From Thermotogota bacterium (GTDB lineage Bacteria > Thermotogota > Thermotogae > Petrotogales > Petrotogaceae), in NCBI GenBank assembly GCA_051748045.1, contig JBNJGY010000002.1, positions 55,498 to 119,497 of the forward strand: a DNA stretch of 64,000 nucleotides, in the 5' to 3' direction. Below are positions 59,802-64,000 of this stretch, piece by piece (the stretch's first letter is position 1; the number at the start of each line of letters is the position of its first letter). The notes beneath the pieces were generated by a model. The model searched no databases, was not told the origin of the DNA, and saw nothing but the letters and a program-made list of their open reading frames with translations. The position numbers were made by a program, and so were the translations under genes.

Positions 59802-60414
59802 AATTTTTCTTGTTATACTTTTAACTGTATTAGCAACAATTTCTTTTAGTGAATTAATAAATGTTAAAGCTGGAGATTTTATTGGTGGAGAAGATTATAA
59901 TGTCTTAAAAAATGAAGTTATGATAAAAAAAGGAGATCTTATAATTGAAACTGATTCAGCTACGATAACTTTAGTAAATGATGAATGGAGAAATCTAACC
60001 AGTTCAGAAATGAAAATATCTTCTGATACCTATAAAGCATCATCTACATCAACAGAGTTTGATTTACAAACTGAAAAAGGGACTTTAGAAGGCAACGTTG
60101 TTGCAAATATATATCTAGATGATTCAGAATTAATTATAACTACAGATGTACTTGAAATAGATAATAAAAATAAAAGTTATTCTGGGAAATCAGAAGAAAT
60201 AACAACAATATTAAAAGACAATTATGTTATAAAAGCAAAACAATTTGAATATAGCGAAAGTGAAAAAATACTTTATTTATCGGGGAACGTTTCCATTATT
60301 AACGAAGAGAAAAAAATAGAACTGTTATCTGATAATGCTACATTCAATACTGAAACTGATGAAATGAAGGCAGAAAAAGTTGATTTAACGCTTGAAATAG
60401 AAGATGAAGAATAG
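59794..60414 (+). CDS. LptA/OstA-like beta-jellyroll exported protein
   Basis: Signal peptide; repeated strands LEGNVV, LYLSGNVSI, FEYSESEK. Confidence 0.7.
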   Translation: MNKIFLVILLTVLATISFSELINVKAGDFIGGEDYNVLKNEVMIKKGDLIIETDSATITLVNDEWRNLTSSEMKISSDTYKASSTSTEFDLQTEKGTLEGNVVANIYLDDSELIITTDVLEIDNKNKSYSGKSEEITTILKDNYVIKAKQFEYSESEKILYLSGNVSIINEEKKIELLSDNATFNTETDEMKAEKVDLTLEIEDEE

Positions 60415-60425
60415 GAGGATATACA

Positions 60426-61700
60426 ATGCTAGATATAAAATATGTTAGAAGTAATATAGATGATGTTAAAAAGGCATTAGAAAAAAGAAATAGTGACACT
60501 AAAATTCTTGATGAATTAATAAAATTGGATGAAAAAAGAAGAGAAATAATGCAAAAAGTTCAAGATTTAAGATCTGAAAGAAATAATATATCTAAAAATA
60601 TAGCTAAATTAAAATCTGAAGGAAGACATGGTGAAGCTGATGAAATAATTAAAAGAGGGAAAATTATAGCAGATGACGTCAAAGAATTAGATTCACAATT
60701 AAAAAAAATTGAAGTTGATTACGAAATGAAATTATTATATATACCAAATATCCCTGCTCAAGAGGTTCCTTTTGGGAAAGATGAAAGTGAAAACCAAGAG
60801 ATAAAAAAATGGGGAGAACCAATAAATTTCAAATTCGAGCCAAAAGCCCATTGGGATCTAGGGACAGATTTAGATATGTTAGATTTTGACAGAGGAGCAA
60901 AATTATCAGGAGCTAGATTTACTGTAATTAAAAAAGATATTGCTAAGTTATCAAGAGCTATAAAAAACTTCATGTTGGATTTTCATACTGAAGAAAATGG
61001 ATATGTTGAGATTAATCCTCCTCATTTAGTAACAAGAGATACAATCACAGCAACAGGCCAATTACCGAAATTTGAAGAAGATCTATATAACACAAATCCA
61101 GATGATATGTTTTTAATACCAACAGCAGAGGTAACCCTAGTTGGTTTACATAAAGATGAAGTCTTAAATAGAAGTGAACTTCCACTTAAATATACTGCAT
61201 ATACCCCGTGTTACAGAAGAGAAGCAGGAAGTTATGGAAGAGATGTTAGAGGTATAATACGTCAGCATCAATTTGATAAAGTTGAGTTAGTTTGGCACGT
61301 AAGACCTGAAGAATCAGAAAAAGCTTTAGAAAAATTGACAAAAGATGCTGAAAAAGTTTTACAGTTATTAGGACTTCCTTATAGAATGGTAAGTTTATGT
61401 ACTGGTGATTTGGGTTTTGCTGCAAAAAAAACTTATGATTTAGAAGTATGGTTACCATCCTATGAAGATTACAAAGAAATTTCTTCTTGTTCAAATACAG
61501 GTGATTTTCAAGCAAGAAGAGCTAATATAAGGTTTAGAGATGAAAAAAATAAAATGCAATTTGTTCATACATTGAATGGCTCAGGGTTAGCAGTTGGAAG
61601 AACTCTTGTAGCCATTATGGAAAATTATCAAATGGAAGACGGTAGAATTAGAGTACCTGAAAAATTAATCCCATATATGGGTAAGGAGATTATTGGTTAA
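60426..61700 (+). CDS. serS: Serine-tRNA ligase
   Basis: MLDIKYVR, LIPTAEV, RQHQFDKVE, EISSCSN, HTLNGSGLA. Confidence 0.98.
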   Translation: MLDIKYVRSNIDDVKKALEKRNSDTKILDELIKLDEKRREIMQKVQDLRSERNNISKNIAKLKSEGRHGEADEIIKRGKIIADDVKELDSQLKKIEVDYEMKLLYIPNIPAQEVPFGKDESENQEIKKWGEPINFKFEPKAHWDLGTDLDMLDFDRGAKLSGARFTVIKKDIAKLSRAIKNFMLDFHTEENGYVEINPPHLVTRDTITATGQLPKFEEDLYNTNPDDMFLIPTAEVTLVGLHKDEVLNRSELPLKYTAYTPCYRREAGSYGRDVRGIIRQHQFDKVELVWHVRPEESEKALEKLTKDAEKVLQLLGLPYRMVSLCTGDLGFAAKKTYDLEVWLPSYEDYKEISSCSNTGDFQARRANIRFRDEKNKMQFVHTLNGSGLAVGRTLVAIMENYQMEDGRIRVPEKLIPYMGKEIIG

Positions 61701-62386
61701 TGCCTAATTACTTTTTTGGTAACAAAAAAGAAGACAATATAATTTTAGGAAAAGATGAAACAGCTCATTTAAAAGTTGTAAAAAAAGAACCAGGAAATAT
61801 AATAGACGTAATAACTGGTGATGGTTATTTTTATAAAGCTGTTATAGAAAAAATTGGTAAAAAAGAATCAATTCTAAAAATAACTGAAAAAACAAAAGAT
61901 GAATCAGAATATAAACCAGAAATTTCTCTTTACTTAGGTATGAGTAAATGGGATAGAATGAGAATAATAATAGAAAAATCTGCAGAACTGCGTGTCCAAA
62001 AATTATTTGTGTTTAAAGGACAGAAATCTCATCAAAATTATAAAAATTTAGATAAGTTTTACAAATATATAATAGAATCAATGAAGCAAACTGGATATTC
62101 GAAAACACCTCATGTAGAATTTATAGAGTTCAAAAAAATTCCTGTAAAAAATTCTTTAGTACTTGATTTTGAAGCCAACAATGATTTTAGAGAATCTATA
62201 ATCAGGTTAAAAAAAAATATAAACTTGATTATAGGACCAGATGTAGGTTTTTCTAAAGATGAGAAATTATTTTTTGCTAATAATAACTTTTCAATAATTT
62301 CTCCTGGAAACACTATAATGAGATTTGAAACTGCTGCAATATATACATTAAGTGCTATAAATTTTATAAATGACAGATTAATATAA
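61700..62386 (+). CDS. rsmE: 16S rRNA m3U1498 methyltransferase
   Basis: HLKVVK, EKSAEL, IGPDVGFS, IMRFETA (SPOUT fold). Confidence 0.88.
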   Translation: MPNYFFGNKKEDNIILGKDETAHLKVVKKEPGNIIDVITGDGYFYKAVIEKIGKKESILKITEKTKDESEYKPEISLYLGMSKWDRMRIIIEKSAELRVQKLFVFKGQKSHQNYKNLDKFYKYIIESMKQTGYSKTPHVEFIEFKKIPVKNSLVLDFEANNDFRESIIRLKKNINLIIGPDVGFSKDEKLFFANNNFSIISPGNTIMRFETAAIYTLSAINFINDRLI

Positions 62387-62387
62387 T

Positions 62388-62420
62388 TCGGAGCGTATAA
62401 TGCTCCGATTTTATTTTTTT
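62388..62420 (+). terminator. Intrinsic terminator
   Basis: TCGGAGCG-tataa-TGCTCCGA followed by T-rich tract. Confidence 0.8.
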
Positions 62421-62528
62421 AAATCTCTTAGTATAATGTATAATTAAATGATAAAAAGAAAACAAAAAACATTGAAATTAGGATAAAATAAAATATTTAT
62501 AGAATTATTAATCATGAGGAGGAAGATC

Positions 62529-63194
62529 ATGGCTGACAAAAAAGAAAAAAAGAAGAAGTCTTCTCTAAAAACTATTTTTACTTTCTTTGTAGTAGGGTTA
62601 ATAATAGCGATTGGGTTATTAAGTATAGGGTATATTGCTTTTGAATTCAATAGAATTTCTTATTATAATTTGGATTTAAGAAATGATTGGAGAAGTTATT
62701 TAGCTTTTTTAACAAAAGATATTCCTTACTTAAATGATTTTGTGGAGTATGAATACCTTGAAATTGGGAATCCTTTAGAAAACCAGAAACAATTAGTTGA
62801 CTCAAGGCTATCTGCTCTGGACAGCATGAAAGATGAAATAGAAAAAAACAAAAACGAATTAGACAAAATACAATCACAAATTTCTGAGAGCTCAGAAGAG
62901 TTAATAACAAAACAAAGAGAAATTGACCTATTAGAAGCTGAATATCAAGAAAAAATAGCTCAATATAACGATTATCAAAATAGAATTGAGAAATTAGCTT
63001 CATGGTTAAATTCTTCAACACCACAACAAATTGCAAATGCTTTGATACGTGATGAGGTAAGTGTTGAATTAATAGTAGACTCTTTTTATGTGATGGAGTC
63101 TAAAACAGTAGCAGAAATATTGCAAGCATTAGCAAACTTAAATCCTGAAAAAGCAGCAAAAATTATAGCTACTCTTGGTAATAGGGGAGGATAA
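62529..63194 (+). CDS. Flagellar MotE/FlbB-like membrane-anchored protein
   Basis: One TM, coiled coil, C-terminal MgtE_N-like helices (VAEILQAL...PEKAAKII). Confidence 0.65.
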   Translation: MADKKEKKKKSSLKTIFTFFVVGLIIAIGLLSIGYIAFEFNRISYYNLDLRNDWRSYLAFLTKDIPYLNDFVEYEYLEIGNPLENQKQLVDSRLSALDSMKDEIEKNKNELDKIQSQISESSEELITKQREIDLLEAEYQEKIAQYNDYQNRIEKLASWLNSSTPQQIANALIRDEVSVELIVDSFYVMESKTVAEILQALANLNPEKAAKIIATLGNRGG

Positions 63195-63195
63195 T

Positions 63196-64000
63196 ATGAA
63201 AGCTAGTTCTATTGTAGATAATGTTATTAACATTAAAAAAGATATTTCACAAGTTAATAAAAAATCAGATAATTCATTTAACAAGTTAATTGATTCAGAA
63301 ACAAAGAATATAAGTAATAATTATAATAATGAAAAGAAATATGTATCTGAAGAAAAAGTTGAAGAATCAAAAACAGTTTTTAATAAAATTGATAATATAA
63401 AAAAGAGTGAAGTAAAACCAGAAGAAGTAAAAGAAATGTTATCTGAAAAATTACCTAAAAAATTAGAAAAGTTAATTAGTTTTTTGGGTTCTACTGATAA
63501 GGAAGAGATAACTGAAGAAAAGTTATCTGAATTGAAAAATTTGATTCAAAATTTAATAAAAACTCTTAAAAAAGTAAAAGAAGACGATAATCCACCACTC
63601 AAAGAACAACTAATTTCTGATTTAAAAGAAATAAATAAAAAGTTAAAAGAATTATTTCCTGATAAAGATATTAAAGTCAATTTAGTAAATTTCAAAGATA
63701 ATCTATTAGTTGACATAAAAATAGATGATAAAAGTCTTGTTTTTGCTTTAGACAACAAAAAATTTAATATATATAAATATATACATAAAGAAGATATAAA
63801 TAATACTCAAAGTACTGATAAATCTAAAAAAAATAAAAATACTAAAGATTTAAGTAATATAGTAAAAGACGATAAAAAAATCGAAGATAATTCAAAAACA
63901 GAAGAAAATAACATAAAGAACAAAACTATTTTATCCTTAGTTCACGATGAAAAAAAATCTGGTGAAAACAAATCATTTGAAAATAATGACTTAGCTTTTT
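63196..64000 (+). CDS. 3'-truncated low-complexity protein, possibly flagellar hook-length control FliK
   Basis: ATG after GGGGAGG, frame open to the window end (MKASSIVDNV...), K/E/N-rich; follows a MotE-like gene; absent from the ORF track. Confidence 0.55.
   Translation, partial: MKASSIVDNVINIKKDISQVNKKSDNSFNKLIDSETKNISNNYNNEKKYVSEEKVEESKTVFNKIDNIKKSEVKPEEVKEMLSEKLPKKLEKLISFLGSTDKEEITEEKLSELKNLIQNLIKTLKKVKEDDNPPLKEQLISDLKEINKKLKELFPDKDIKVNLVNFKDNLLVDIKIDDKSLVFALDNKKFNIYKYIHKEDINNTQSTDKSKKNKNTKDLSNIVKDDKKIEDNSKTEENNIKNKTILSLVHDEKKSGENKSFENNDLAF

Noticed and set aside
60415-60425. T-box leader for serS
   Set aside because: Only 11 bp separate serS from the upstream gene

Overview
Low-GC, gene-dense chromosomal segment, almost certainly from a Thermotogota bacterium (Petrotogaceae-like). 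The assignment rests on an HK853-like kinase in front of rbfA-truB-ribF, an Omp-alpha-like SLH/coiled-coil protein and Thermotoga-type signal peptides. Most of the window is housekeeping: uvrA (5'-truncated), phoH-HD-ybeY, rbgA, nadE, aspC, nfo, tRNA-Glu/Val/Phe, ribF/truB/rbfA, mgtE, flgB-flgC-fliE, udk, a BMP-type nucleoside ABC transporter, rnhB, mazG, prmC, scpAB-rluB, serS and rsmE. I found no CRISPR array, rRNA, prophage or intact transposase. Most notable: (1) an unannotated ~73-nt minus-strand small-RNA candidate at 45067-45139, with its own sigma70 promoter, GAAA-tetraloop hairpin, two C-rich CCCAUCC motifs and intrinsic terminator; (2) an hfs-like [FeFe]-hydrogenase operon in which the sensory hydrogenase is reduced to a stand-alone PAS+tail protein, preceded by Rex-like boxes; (3) a candidate envelope ('toga') operon MarR-PEGA-Omp-alpha-patatin-pseudopatatin-LptA-like; (4) a probable ATA start codon, an IS3-like ~100-bp remnant and two unusual carbohydrate gene clusters. 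All calls come from reading motifs by eye; no searches were run.
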